This document shows positions 10,378-20,241 of a DNA stretch of 64,000 nucleotides, piece after piece (the stretch's first letter is position 1; the number at the start of each line of letters is the position of its first letter). Origin of the DNA: Armatimonadota bacterium. Lineage in GTDB: Bacteria; Armatimonadota; HRBIN16. The stretch spans positions 70,377 to 134,376 of the forward strand of contig PSLZ01000002.1 in the NCBI GenBank assembly GCA_040289885.1, written 5' to 3'. The notes beneath the pieces are model-generated. The model ran no database searches. It was not told where the DNA came from and saw only the letters and a program-made list of their open reading frames with translations. A program made the position numbers and the translations under genes.

Positions 10378-11366
10378 ATGACGCGCCTGCAGTGTATCGC
10401 GTCGATCGCCTTGCTGTTCATGGCGTGTTCGCCCAAATTCAACCTCAACAGGAGGGAGTACATATGCGCGTTGTCGCCGAGAACCCCAATCCTCAACGCC
10501 TTCCGACGCTGGCGGTATGGGAAGATGAGAAGCTGGCGCCGGGCAGGAAATTGACGATGGTCGCCGCAACCTTTCCTAATGTGCCGGGCTTTACGTGCGA
10601 TGCCTGGTGTTACGAGAGCGACGTGGATTTCATCGATGCTCGTGCCCTGCCAGGTGGGAAACTGCAGTGACGCCATCGCTGGAAGAAGCATCCGCAGATA
10701 CTGCTCGTGACCGTTGTCACCCCAGAACCGGGCGCGGTAGAGTTCTCTGCCCATCTTGAGCACGCAGAACATCGGCAGAAGATGCCTGCGGAACCGCTCT
10801 TTGTGAACCTGTGCTGGCAGGTACGCCGCGCTCCGTCGTTCGCTAGCGCCCCCGAACCGTACCCCGAGTTCGTGAAGCGGTGCTTGATCTTCACGGCAAG
10901 AGGCAGAACCTTTTTGCATCAGACCACCCGGCGCAAAATCCCCGTTCGCCCTGCGGATGACCCCTACAACAACCCTCCGTGGGTACAGGCGGATGCCGCC
11001 GCATGGCTTCCGCTACCGTAGGCGTCGCCCGATTCATGGGCAGACTACAGTCCGGACCAGTATGTAACGCCGATTATCGGGGTAGTCTCGCGCGATGGGA
11101 AGTACCTCGCCGCGTTGGCCAACGACTCGGCGACCATGATGGCGCAGGCGTGGCATGATTGCCTCCATAACAACCCACCGTGGACACCTGCCGATGCCCC
11201 GGTGACCAAGTGTCGGTGGAGGCTGAAGGTGTACGCAATGGAGAACAACCCGAAAGCACTGCTGGAACGCGTACGCCGGGATTTTGCTGGCGCGCTTCGG
11301 CACGTTCCCGCCGGGTACAAGCCAGAGAGAAAGAACTATTCTCGCCGATGTACGCACCACAGGTGA
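10378..11366 (+). pseudogene. Interrupted secreted hypothetical protein (one frameshift, two in-frame stops)
   Basis: ORFs 10392-10670, 10707-11021 and 11115-11366 share one frame, separated only by TGA (10668-10670) and TAG (11019-11021). The signal-peptide-like start at ATG 10378 is in a different frame. Confidence 0.65.
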
Positions 11367-11647
11367 TATAACACCAGTGCCTGCAGGAGGGTGAACAGCA
11401 CCAGCAGAACGCCTTTCAGCACATAGAGCGAGATAAAGAAACCCGTTAGCTGGCGAATCAGCAGGATGAGCGCTAGCCCGAGCAGGATATTCGCGCCGTA
11501 GACCACCACCCAACAGCCGATGAACTCCAGTGTGCCATTGATCGCTCGCCTCAGGTCACCGCGATCGAAACGCAGGGTGCGCTTGGTGTATAGGTAACCC
11601 GCCAGAGAGGTGAACACAATCAGCAGGGGCACATATAGCTTGTCCAT
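11336..11647 (-). CDS. Small integral membrane protein (about 3 TM)
   Basis: Hydrophobic segments; starts immediately after the YdcF gene stop. Confidence 0.7.
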   Translation of the reverse strand: MDKLYVPLLIVFTSLAGYLYTKRTLRFDRGDLRRAINGTLEFIGCWVVVYGANILLGLALILLIRQLTGFFISLYVLKGVLLVLFTLLQALVLYHLWCVHRRE

Positions 11648-11648
11648 C

Positions 11649-12272
11649 TCACTCTCCAGCCCGGTAGAGCCACTGTGCTAACGCCTCGCGCACGGTGTAG
11701 ACCATCAGCGCCAGCCTGCCATCGGGTCCATCGGTGCTAAGCGGCAGGTCATCAACGGGCATCGGGAACACCTTTAGCCCCAACCGCTCGAAGCGGGAGG
11801 ACGCCCGCGGCAGGTGAAGCGAGCTGGTGACCAGAAGAATGCGCTTTGCTCCCCGCTGGCGCAATTGCGCGGTGATGTGTTCCACTTCCTCGGCGGTGGT
11901 GTCCGCCCGACCTTCCAACAGGATGGCTTTTTCTGGCACACCCAGTTGGCGGGCAAGTTCGGCACGCGCTTCCGCCTCTACCGGCGAACCCTCGTAAGAA
12001 GGTCCCGAGAAGACGATCACCGGCGCCAGTCCGCGACGATACAGCACAATCCCCTGCACCGCGCGGCGAAGCGAATCCTTGCCCAGCGTGCCGTCCCGGT
12101 GGATACCCGCCCCTAGCACCACGATGGCGTCTGCCGGTCGTACGTTAGAGGAAACCGCTAGAGACTGCGCGAGGAGGTTAGGCAGGGGCGTGTAAGCGGT
12201 CACCAGCACGCCAAGCACGCACAATAGCCCGAGCGTACGCAATATCGGATGAAACGAAAACCGCCTGCCCAT
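11649..12272 (-). CDS. YdcF/ElyC/SanA family protein (DUF218)
   Basis: N-terminal TM, DAIVVLGAG, VFSG, EA, ILLVTSSLHLPRA motifs. Confidence 0.9.
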   Translation of the reverse strand: MGRRFSFHPILRTLGLLCVLGVLVTAYTPLPNLLAQSLAVSSNVRPADAIVVLGAGIHRDGTLGKDSLRRAVQGIVLYRRGLAPVIVFSGPSYEGSPVEAEARAELARQLGVPEKAILLEGRADTTAEEVEHITAQLRQRGAKRILLVTSSLHLPRASSRFERLGLKVFPMPVDDLPLSTDGPDGRLALMVYTVREALAQWLYRAGE

Positions 12273-12322
12273 CTCACATTCTGTGTTCGCCAGTGAGCCG
12301 CTGTGTTCCTACTGCAGTTCCG

Positions 12323-13030
12323 CTAGGGTAGCCAGATGCTGCCGGTCGCGAGGTCGCCGAGCACCTCGCCGCCCACCAGCCACGCGCGTGCAGACAACCA
12401 CGCGCAGAAGAAGGCATCTACTTTGTCTTCAAAGGGCAGAAGCGCAGTGGGTGGCTCCGCCAGCCAGTCGGGCATATGCAGGCGCGGCGCCGACAACGAG
12501 GCAATCAGGGCGATGTACTCCCGCATCTGCTGACGTCGATACACTGGGCTCCTCCCCTTCTTTGCCTTATACTCCAGAATGCGAGGCAGAGCGAACAACC
12601 GCACCAGCGCGGCGTGGGGATACACCTCAAACACCACTCGGCACGCCTGCCCAACGGGTGGAGCCGTCACAATGGAAACCCCTAACTGCTCGTGAAGCAG
12701 AGAGCACAGCCGCTCGCCGCGCGGTGGGTCGCCCAAAAGGCGCCGGTTCGCCGGATAACAGGCCGCGTGCTGACGGGCGAAGCGCTGGCGCATCTGCTTT
12801 TCCACGGGACGCTCGCCTGTGGCATTAGGCACCACCAGCGGCGCATCTACCGCGATTACCAATACTTCCGCCTCGCGGAACGCGCGGAGGTAGTCGCAGA
12901 TGTCGGCATCTGTGTGCACTACGCGAGTAGGCACAGCCTCTCGCAAACGGTCTCCCAGAAGGCTCAAGACCGCCACGCCCGAGCCTCGCCTGCTACCCCA
13001 TGCCAGGTCAATCCCCGCGAAGGCTCGCAT
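12323..13030 (-). CDS. DUF429 family predicted nuclease (RNase H-like fold)
   Basis: GIDLAWG, AVDAPL, FEVYPH, LEYK, EDKVDA motifs; start at ATG 13030. Confidence 0.85.
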   Translation of the reverse strand: MRAFAGIDLAWGSRRGSGVAVLSLLGDRLREAVPTRVVHTDADICDYLRAFREAEVLVIAVDAPLVVPNATGERPVEKQMRQRFARQHAACYPANRRLLGDPPRGERLCSLLHEQLGVSIVTAPPVGQACRVVFEVYPHAALVRLFALPRILEYKAKKGRSPVYRRQQMREYIALIASLSAPRLHMPDWLAEPPTALLPFEDKVDAFFCAWLSARAWLVGGEVLGDLATGSIWLP

Positions 13031-14285
13031 CGCTCTCGTCGCCCCGGCGTTCACGAATGTAGCGAATGACCACCGTCCCAACTAGCCAGTAGCCCATCGC
13101 CAGCACCATCAGCGCGCGATAGCCCGCACCCATTGTTACCCGCGTGTTGATGGTGTAAGCAATGGGCCCTGCAATCAGCGGCGCCACCACCTGCGGAAGC
13201 GTGTCGGCAATGCCCCACACACCCATATACTTGGCAGGCTCCTGCTGTGGCAGAAGGTTACATGCCAGCGCCCAGTCCACCGCCTGAAATACCCCAAATC
13301 CCGCACCGAACACACCTACCGCAAGGTACACCACGCGCAGGTCGGTTGCAAACAAGAAGCCCATTCCCGCCACTAGGCAGATGATGCAGGAGAGCGCAAG
13401 TATCCACCGCTTGCTGTAACGGTCGCTGAGCTTACCCGCTGGGATCGTGGCGAGTATGCCTGTGATGGTGGAAAGTATCATGAAGTTGGCAATCAGATGA
13501 AACGCTTCTGCACGGTAGCCTAGCGTATCGCGCAGGTAGTAGAGCAGGCAGAAGTTGACCGTATAGATGCCCATCATGATGGCAAGCCGGCTGATGAGGA
13601 GCCACACGAAGCTGGGATAGGGCTTGAGGGGAACCCGGTAGCTGGAGGTAATGGCTTGCCATAGCGTGGGCGCGTTGCCCGTGTACGGCTCCTCGCGCAC
13701 CAGCCACACGTTCACCAGCATAAAGGCGTTGAGAAACAGGGCGAACAGCACCATTAACCAGAACAGCCCGCGCTCCGTGCCCAGAAGCAGGCTGGCGGCG
13801 AAGGGTCCACCAATGCGCCCCAGCAAAGTGCAGATGCCCATCCATGCCGAAGCGGTGCCGTGATACTGCCAGGGGATGCGGTCGGGAATCAGTGCCTGAT
13901 AGGGACCGTTGGCGACATTTAGAAAGAACTGGATCAAGATGTAGACCCCCAGCAGGGTGCACAGCGTTCGCGCCGATGGAAAGGCGAACAGCGCAAGGGT
14001 GGTCAGTAGCGTGCCCACGATCAGATAGGGGCGTCGACGCCCCATCGGGTGGCGGCTGCGGTCGCTGATTGCGCCGAACAGTATCTGTGTGGCAGAAGCC
14101 ACAAACGCGCCGATACTGGTGACTATCGCCAGCGCACGATCCTTCTCCAGATGCCCGACGATCTGCTCCACCCGGTCGGGAAGCACCAGGATCAGCACCG
14201 CTCCCCAGAAGAAGGAGAGGGCGAACCAGAACAGGCTGATGCCCAGATAGTCGCGTAAGGTAGGCTGGGAACGCGCGAGCGACAT
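13008..14285 (-). CDS. MFS transporter
   Basis: About 12 TM helices; GAISDRSRHPMGRRRPY and GKLSDRYSKR loop motifs. Confidence 0.92.
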   Translation of the reverse strand: MSLARSQPTLRDYLGISLFWFALSFFWGAVLILVLPDRVEQIVGHLEKDRALAIVTSIGAFVASATQILFGAISDRSRHPMGRRRPYLIVGTLLTTLALFAFPSARTLCTLLGVYILIQFFLNVANGPYQALIPDRIPWQYHGTASAWMGICTLLGRIGGPFAASLLLGTERGLFWLMVLFALFLNAFMLVNVWLVREEPYTGNAPTLWQAITSSYRVPLKPYPSFVWLLISRLAIMMGIYTVNFCLLYYLRDTLGYRAEAFHLIANFMILSTITGILATIPAGKLSDRYSKRWILALSCIICLVAGMGFLFATDLRVVYLAVGVFGAGFGVFQAVDWALACNLLPQQEPAKYMGVWGIADTLPQVVAPLIAGPIAYTINTRVTMGAGYRALMVLAMGYWLVGTVVIRYIRERRGDESDASLRGD

Positions 14286-14297
14286 CGGCTGTTCCTC

Positions 14298-16349
14298 CTA
14301 TTCCAGGAACTGGTATGTGGGCATATTGTAAAGGATGCCCAGAATGTTGGCAACACCCGCGACAGTAAACTCACCCAGTATCAATCCGAAGAAAAACGGC
14401 AAGGAGCGCCGATACAGCTTCAGCCCTCCATAGCGCAGGATGAGCACTTTGAGCACCCAGGCAATCATCAACGGCATCCACACCAGATTCATCTGCCAGC
14501 TGCCGCTCACGGCAAACCCCAGCGGATGGAAGGGCCACCAGGGCAGTTGGGTGCGCATCCACTGCAGGAAAAAGGAGACCACCAGCCCCACCCCCACAGC
14601 CAGCGCAGCGCTGGTGTTGGCTTCCGTTGGCATCTGTAGCCAGTTCGCCAGCTTGGTGTAGGACTCGGCACCGAAAGTTCCCCGCGATTTGCTCAACGCG
14701 CCGTAGTCGTAGTTGAGATGGAGCATTGCCCAAAAAGCGGACAGCGAACCAATCACCCCCACAAACCCCATGCCCCAGTACCACCCGCGCAGGTTGGAGC
14801 GAGTGACCTCCGCCAGCTTGAACGCCTCCAGCTGGTGCGGCATGGGATGCCCCCGATACGCCCGGTTGACCGTGTAGAGCAGAGACATCGCCGTCAGGTC
14901 GGAGTGGCTAAAGCGTTGTGTGCCAAACACCTCCGGCAGGATCGAATCGGGTCCAGTAAAGTGCAGGTCATGCACCAACGTGCCGAACTCCGCACGCATG
15001 CGGGTGATGGCTACCGCCAGCACGAAATAGATGGTGAAGAAGGCGATGCCTAAAGCCCAGTTCATGCCCAGAAGCGTGCCAAAGTAGACCAGAAACGCGC
15101 CGCCCAGCACGATGCCCAGGAGCGCCCAGCGGTAGGTAATCGGCTCGTCGGAGTCGTCCACGCTGGAATCTGCCCCCAGCGCCCGCCGAAACACCTCGCA
15201 CAGATAGCCTCGGCTTAACCACGCACTGTACAGAAAGAACATCACATACGCGCCGAAGCATTGGTTGTTGTCGTAAGGGAAACGGGGGTCGCGATCCCAC
15301 GCCATCGCCACCGCCAGCACCCGCTCCATCTTCCACACCCAGTAAAAGAACCACGACGAGAACAGAAAATCCACCGGCAACAACATGCCAAAGCCGATGA
15401 CGTAAGGATACCATGAGAGCGGCGTCCAGCCGATGGCGTTCCATGGCTTCTGAGTGACCAGCGGACCGAGATCAAAATAGCTCATACTACCCACCCCGAT
15501 ACTGAACAGGCGGGGCACCGACGGAAACCAAAGGTGTAGGTTGTTCAGCGCGTGCACCGTGCCCGCCCCTACGAACCCCACCCAGAACAGCCGATTGCGA
15601 AACAACGCAGGCACACGCCCCTCCCCCGCCCCTTCGGTTATCACCAGCGGCACAGCGATGACGGGATAGCTCAGTCGCTCTCGTTGGGTCCACTGTTTGC
15701 GCAGAATCACGTTGATGCCCAGCATCACAAACAGCGCCACGCTCAAGAATAGGCTCCACATCAGCACCGGTATCGCCCAGCCGAGCAGGTACGGCAAGCG
15801 ATAGAAGGTATCGTTGCCGCGAAAGTAGCTTTCGTACACGTTGGGGTCGGAAACCATCAGCCATTTGGGCAGGTACTGGAAGAACAGACCTTCCCACCCG
15901 TTGGACTCGTTGGCGAAGCGGAAGGGCCAAACCAGCGTGGGCGCAAGCACCTGCACCATATCGTGCCCAGCCAGACAGGAACCGATCGCCAGCATCATGT
16001 ATATCGCCATCAGTTCCGCCTGCGTTAACGCCCAGCGCGGGCGGATGCGCGCTACCACAAGGTTCAGCAGAGATAACACAAGGATGATGAAGATCACATT
16101 GAAGAAGAGCGAGATGGTGGTGGGGTGCGCCGACCAGCGGATAATCTCCATCTGCACCACCCAGTAGGCATTGAGCGGCACCAGCAGAGTACCTACCAGC
16201 AGAGAACGCCAGGTAACCGCTCGTGCCGTCCACCGTAACGCCTCGCCCCGTGCTGTGTGCTGTGTTTTCGCCTCCGCAACCGTTTGAACGCTCGCCAAAT
16301 GCCATGCACCTCCCTCGAACTTTTGCTTTTCACTGATTCGCTCTGGCAT
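14298..16349 (-). CDS. Polytopic membrane protein, DUF6785/DUF6784-like (OPT-related) putative transporter
   Basis: ILRKQWTQRERLSYPV, TRMRAEFG, WWPFHPLGF, LRYGGLKLYRRSLPFFFGLILGE motifs typical of this family; many TM helices. Confidence 0.75.
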   Translation of the reverse strand: MPERISEKQKFEGGAWHLASVQTVAEAKTQHTARGEALRWTARAVTWRSLLVGTLLVPLNAYWVVQMEIIRWSAHPTTISLFFNVIFIILVLSLLNLVVARIRPRWALTQAELMAIYMMLAIGSCLAGHDMVQVLAPTLVWPFRFANESNGWEGLFFQYLPKWLMVSDPNVYESYFRGNDTFYRLPYLLGWAIPVLMWSLFLSVALFVMLGINVILRKQWTQRERLSYPVIAVPLVITEGAGEGRVPALFRNRLFWVGFVGAGTVHALNNLHLWFPSVPRLFSIGVGSMSYFDLGPLVTQKPWNAIGWTPLSWYPYVIGFGMLLPVDFLFSSWFFYWVWKMERVLAVAMAWDRDPRFPYDNNQCFGAYVMFFLYSAWLSRGYLCEVFRRALGADSSVDDSDEPITYRWALLGIVLGGAFLVYFGTLLGMNWALGIAFFTIYFVLAVAITRMRAEFGTLVHDLHFTGPDSILPEVFGTQRFSHSDLTAMSLLYTVNRAYRGHPMPHQLEAFKLAEVTRSNLRGWYWGMGFVGVIGSLSAFWAMLHLNYDYGALSKSRGTFGAESYTKLANWLQMPTEANTSAALAVGVGLVVSFFLQWMRTQLPWWPFHPLGFAVSGSWQMNLVWMPLMIAWVLKVLILRYGGLKLYRRSLPFFFGLILGEFTVAGVANILGILYNMPTYQFLE

Positions 16350-16426
16350 CAGATGAAACCTTCAGCAGGACGTTCCCACGGACGGCGCGAAAACCCCTCT
16401 GGAGACCCAAACGGAAGGAACGAGCA

Positions 16427-18394
16427 ATGCGCATTGGCGTAGACTATTACCCCGAACACTGGGATGAGGAGCGCTGGCCGACCGATGCGCGGCTGATGCG
16501 TGAGGTAGGCATCAGCGTGGTGCGTCTGGCGGAGTTCTCGTGGTGCAAACTGGAGCCGGAGGAGAGCAAATACGATTTCAGTTGGCTGGACCGCGCGCTG
16601 GAGGTGCTGTATCGCGAAGGCATCCAGGCGATCCTAGGCACTCCCACCGCAACGCCGCCCGCCTGGCTCCACCAGCGTTACGACATCTACCCACGCGACG
16701 CCAGGCGTTACCCTCTTGGCTTTGGCACGAGACTACAACGCTGTCTGAACCATCCGGTAATGCGCCGCTACGCGCGCCTGATTACGGAGGCAATGGTCAA
16801 ACACTACGCTCAGCATCCTGCCGTCATTGGCTGGCAAACGGATAACGAGTTCGAAGCCAACCTGTGCTACTGCGACGTGTGCGCCGACCTGTTCCGCCAG
16901 TGGCTCCAGCGCAAATACCGCTCACTGGAGGCGCTGAACAAGGCATGGGGCACTATCTTCTGGAGCCAGGAGTACACGAACTGGAGCCAGGTTCCCCTGC
17001 CCTGGGTGGCACGATGCGGACAGGCGCATAACCCGTCCCTATGGCTAGACTACCGGCGGTTCGCCTCCGAATCCACCGTAAGATTCCAGAAAGAGCAGAT
17101 AGAGGTTATCCGTCGGCTGGCGCCGCATCAGTTCATCACCCACAACTTCATGGGCCTGCACGATAGCATGGACTACTTCGCGCTGGCGCAGGACCTGGAT
17201 TTCGTCTCTTGGGACAACTACCCCGGTGGCAGCTGGAAGGAGGCCGGACATGCCGACCTCGCGCACGATGTGATGCGCGGAATCAAGGGTAAAAACTTCT
17301 GGGTGATGGAGCAGCAGAGCGGTATAACGGGCTGGGACCGCATCGGGCGACGTCCTGCCCCCGGACAGATTCGTGCCTGGGCTTGGCAGGCGGTAGCACA
17401 CGGTGCGGATGCCGTCATCTTTTTCCGCTGGCGCTCCTGCCTCTATGGCACCGAGCAGTACTGGCACGGCATCTTGAACCACGACGGCATTCCCCGTCGG
17501 CGCTACCGAGAGGTGGCTCGCTTTGGTGCAGAGATGAACCGATTGAGCGCAGAACTGGACGGCACCACCCTGCGACACCAGGTGGCTGTCCTCAACTCGT
17601 ACGAGCAGAACTGGGCACTGCAGATACAGCCACAAGTGGACGGACTGAAATGGTGGGACCAGGTGCGCCACTACTATCACTCCCTGCGCCGGTTGGGCGT
17701 GGGGGTAGACGTTGTGCCCATCGAAGCCGATTTGAGCCGTTACCGTCTGGTGATCGCGCCCAGCTGGTATATTCTCACCGAAAGCGATGCGCAACGCCTC
17801 ACCCATTACGTCCGCCAGGGAGGTACCCTGGTGCTGAACCCGCGCACAGGTGTCAAAAACGAGCGTAACGTGTGCCGAACGGAACCGCTCCCTGCCCTGC
17901 TTGGCGAGATCGCCGGTGTGGAAGTGGACGACTACGACCCTCTGGGCAACGATGCGAATCGGGTGCGCCTGCACACCGGCGAAGAGTTCACTACCTCCGT
18001 CTGGGCGGATGCGCTGGCTCTGAAGGGGGCGGAACCAATAGCCGTTTACATCCATCCCATCTTTGCAGGGGAGCCAGCCATCGCCCGCCACCGCTACGGC
18101 GCGGGCACGGTGTACACCTTCGGCACGTTCGGCGAGCCTGCGCTGTATGATACCCTTCTAGAGCGAATGCTGGAGGAGACACAGGTAGAAAGACTGCAGG
18201 GGATACCGCCGGAGGTGGATGCTTGCTGGCGCGAGAAGGACGGCGCGCGCTACCTTCTGCTGGTGAACCTGAGTGGAGAGGAGCGCGCTGTGCCCGTGCC
18301 CCCGAAAGCGGCACCCCTGTTGGGAAGCGCGCCACAGGCGGGGCTGGTACACCTGCCGCCGTATGAGGTGGGCATCTACCGCGTGGAGCAATAG
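16427..18394 (+). CDS. Beta-galactosidase, GH42
   Basis: GVDYYPEHW, RLAEFSW, GTPTATPPAW, WQTDNE (acid/base), WVMEQQ (nucleophile), EQYWHG, trimerisation domain. Confidence 0.95.
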   Translation: MRIGVDYYPEHWDEERWPTDARLMREVGISVVRLAEFSWCKLEPEESKYDFSWLDRALEVLYREGIQAILGTPTATPPAWLHQRYDIYPRDARRYPLGFGTRLQRCLNHPVMRRYARLITEAMVKHYAQHPAVIGWQTDNEFEANLCYCDVCADLFRQWLQRKYRSLEALNKAWGTIFWSQEYTNWSQVPLPWVARCGQAHNPSLWLDYRRFASESTVRFQKEQIEVIRRLAPHQFITHNFMGLHDSMDYFALAQDLDFVSWDNYPGGSWKEAGHADLAHDVMRGIKGKNFWVMEQQSGITGWDRIGRRPAPGQIRAWAWQAVAHGADAVIFFRWRSCLYGTEQYWHGILNHDGIPRRRYREVARFGAEMNRLSAELDGTTLRHQVAVLNSYEQNWALQIQPQVDGLKWWDQVRHYYHSLRRLGVGVDVVPIEADLSRYRLVIAPSWYILTESDAQRLTHYVRQGGTLVLNPRTGVKNERNVCRTEPLPALLGEIAGVEVDDYDPLGNDANRVRLHTGEEFTTSVWADALALKGAEPIAVYIHPIFAGEPAIARHRYGAGTVYTFGTFGEPALYDTLLERMLEETQVERLQGIPPEVDACWREKDGARYLLLVNLSGEERAVPVPPKAAPLLGSAPQAGLVHLPPYEVGIYRVEQ

Positions 18395-18417
18395 AACAGG
18401 ACAGGACAGGAGATAAG

Positions 18418-19179
18418 ATGGGCGTCAACGTTCTAGAGGGCAAAGTGGCTCTGGTTACCGGCGCATCACGAGGTATCGGGCGGGCATGCGCGCTCGCGCT
18501 TGCCGAATGGGGCGCCCTGGTCGCCGTGCACTACCGCTCGAACGAGACGGAAGCCCAAAAGACGCTTGCCGCCTTGCCCGGCGAAGGTCACTTCCTCCTG
18601 CAGGGCGACGTGTCCGAACCCGAAGTATGCCCTCAACTGGTCGAGCAGACCGTGAAGCGCACGGGACGGCTGGACATCCTGGTCAACAACGCTGGCATCT
18701 ACGAACCGCTTCCCTTCAGCGAACCCAGCTACGCACGCTGGCAGGAGGCGTGGCAGAAGATGTTCGCCGTCAACTTCTTCAGCGCAGTCAACTTGAGTTA
18801 CCACGCGGTTGCGGTGATGCGCCGGCAGGGTAGTGGCAAGGTGATTTTCATCGCCTCGCGGGCAGGCATTCGCGGGGAAGCGAACCACAGCCACTACGCC
18901 GCCTCCAAAGGTGCGATGATCGTGCTGGCGCGGAGCATGGCGGTGGAGCTGGCGCGCGAGAACATACAGGTCTACGCTGTTGCGCCCGGCTGGGTGGCTA
19001 CCGATATGGCGGCGGAGCCGTTGAAACAACGCGGAGACAGCATCGTGGCGCAAATCCCCATAGGACGAGTTGCGGACCCGCTGGATGTGGGCAAGGCGGT
19101 ACGTTTCCTCGCCTCACCGGACGCCGATTACCTGACGGGCATCACCCTGGACGTGAACGGAGGTTCATATATCCGCTGA
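18418..19179 (+). CDS. SDR family oxidoreductase (FabG-like)
   Basis: TGASRGIG, LVNNAG, YAASK, PGWV-x-T-x-M. Confidence 0.93.
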   Translation: MGVNVLEGKVALVTGASRGIGRACALALAEWGALVAVHYRSNETEAQKTLAALPGEGHFLLQGDVSEPEVCPQLVEQTVKRTGRLDILVNNAGIYEPLPFSEPSYARWQEAWQKMFAVNFFSAVNLSYHAVAVMRRQGSGKVIFIASRAGIRGEANHSHYAASKGAMIVLARSMAVELARENIQVYAVAPGWVATDMAAEPLKQRGDSIVAQIPIGRVADPLDVGKAVRFLASPDADYLTGITLDVNGGSYIR

Positions 19180-20204
19180 TGGAGCTACAGGAGCAGATTC
19201 AGCGTTTTCGCGACATCATGCAGGCACTGCGCCAGCAGATCGGGCGCGTGATCGTGGGGCATGAGGAGGTGGTGGAAGGCACGCTGTGGTGTGCTCTGGC
19301 TGGCGGACATGCCCTGCTGGAGGGAGTGCCGGGATTGGGGAAGACCCTGCTCGTGCACACCATGGGGCAGGTGTTGTCGCTACGCTTCTCGCGCATCCAG
19401 TTCACACCCGACCTGATGCCAGCCGACATCACCGGCACCAACCTGCTGGCAGAAGACGAAAGCGGCCGCCGACGCTTCCAGTTTCAGCCGGGTCCCGTGT
19501 TCGCCAACATCATCCTGGCTGACGAGATCAATCGCGCCACGCCCAAGACGCAATCCGCCATGCTGGAGGCGATGCAGGAACATGCGGTCACGGTGGCAGG
19601 TGTGCGCTACGAACTGCCCGAACCCTTCTTTGTGCTCGCCACGCAGAACCCTATCGAGATGGAGGGCACCTACCCCCTACCCGAAGCGCAGTTAGACCGC
19701 TTCATGCTCAAATTGCTGGTGCATTCGCCTTCGGTAGAGCAGTTAAACGCTATCATCGACCGTACCACCGGCGCGGAGGTGCCCCAGCCCGAGCCCGTAG
19801 CCGACGCCGAGATGGTACTGTGGATGCAGAGGCTGGCACGGCAGGTACCGTTGGCGGAGCCGGTGCGTGATTTCGCCTCGCAGATGGTGCATTTCACGCA
19901 CCCCGATGTCGACTCCGCGCCGGAGATGGTCAAACGCTACGTGCGCTTCGGCTCCAGCCCACGCGGCGCGCAGGCGCTGGTGCAGACGGCGAAGGTACGA
20001 GCACTGAGTGAAGGGCGCTACAACGTGGCGTTCGAGGACATCGAGGCGGTCGCCTATCCGGCACTTCGCCATCGCATCCTGCTGAACTTCGAGGCGGAGG
20101 CGCAGGGCATTACCCCCGAGCAGGTGATCGACGCGGTGCGGGAACACGTACGCCAGCGCAGTGAGGTGCGCTTGCCTCTGGCTTCCGGCCCCAGAGAGGC
20201 GTAA
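19179..20204 (+). CDS. MoxR family AAA+ ATPase
   Basis: GVPGLGKT, RIQFTPDLMPAD, LADEINRATPKTQSA, ATQNPIEMEGTYPLPEAQLDRF. Confidence 0.95.
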   Translation: MELQEQIQRFRDIMQALRQQIGRVIVGHEEVVEGTLWCALAGGHALLEGVPGLGKTLLVHTMGQVLSLRFSRIQFTPDLMPADITGTNLLAEDESGRRRFQFQPGPVFANIILADEINRATPKTQSAMLEAMQEHAVTVAGVRYELPEPFFVLATQNPIEMEGTYPLPEAQLDRFMLKLLVHSPSVEQLNAIIDRTTGAEVPQPEPVADAEMVLWMQRLARQVPLAEPVRDFASQMVHFTHPDVDSAPEMVKRYVRFGSSPRGAQALVQTAKVRALSEGRYNVAFEDIEAVAYPALRHRILLNFEAEAQGITPEQVIDAVREHVRQRSEVRLPLASGPREA

Positions 20205-20241
20205 AATCGCTCCCGCCAAATACGTCCCACCGAGAGGACGG

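Noticed and set aside
10668-10720. TGA at 10668 as selenocysteine
   Set aside because: No Cys/redox motif context, no SECIS-like hairpin visible, and the same gene has a TAG and a frameshift.
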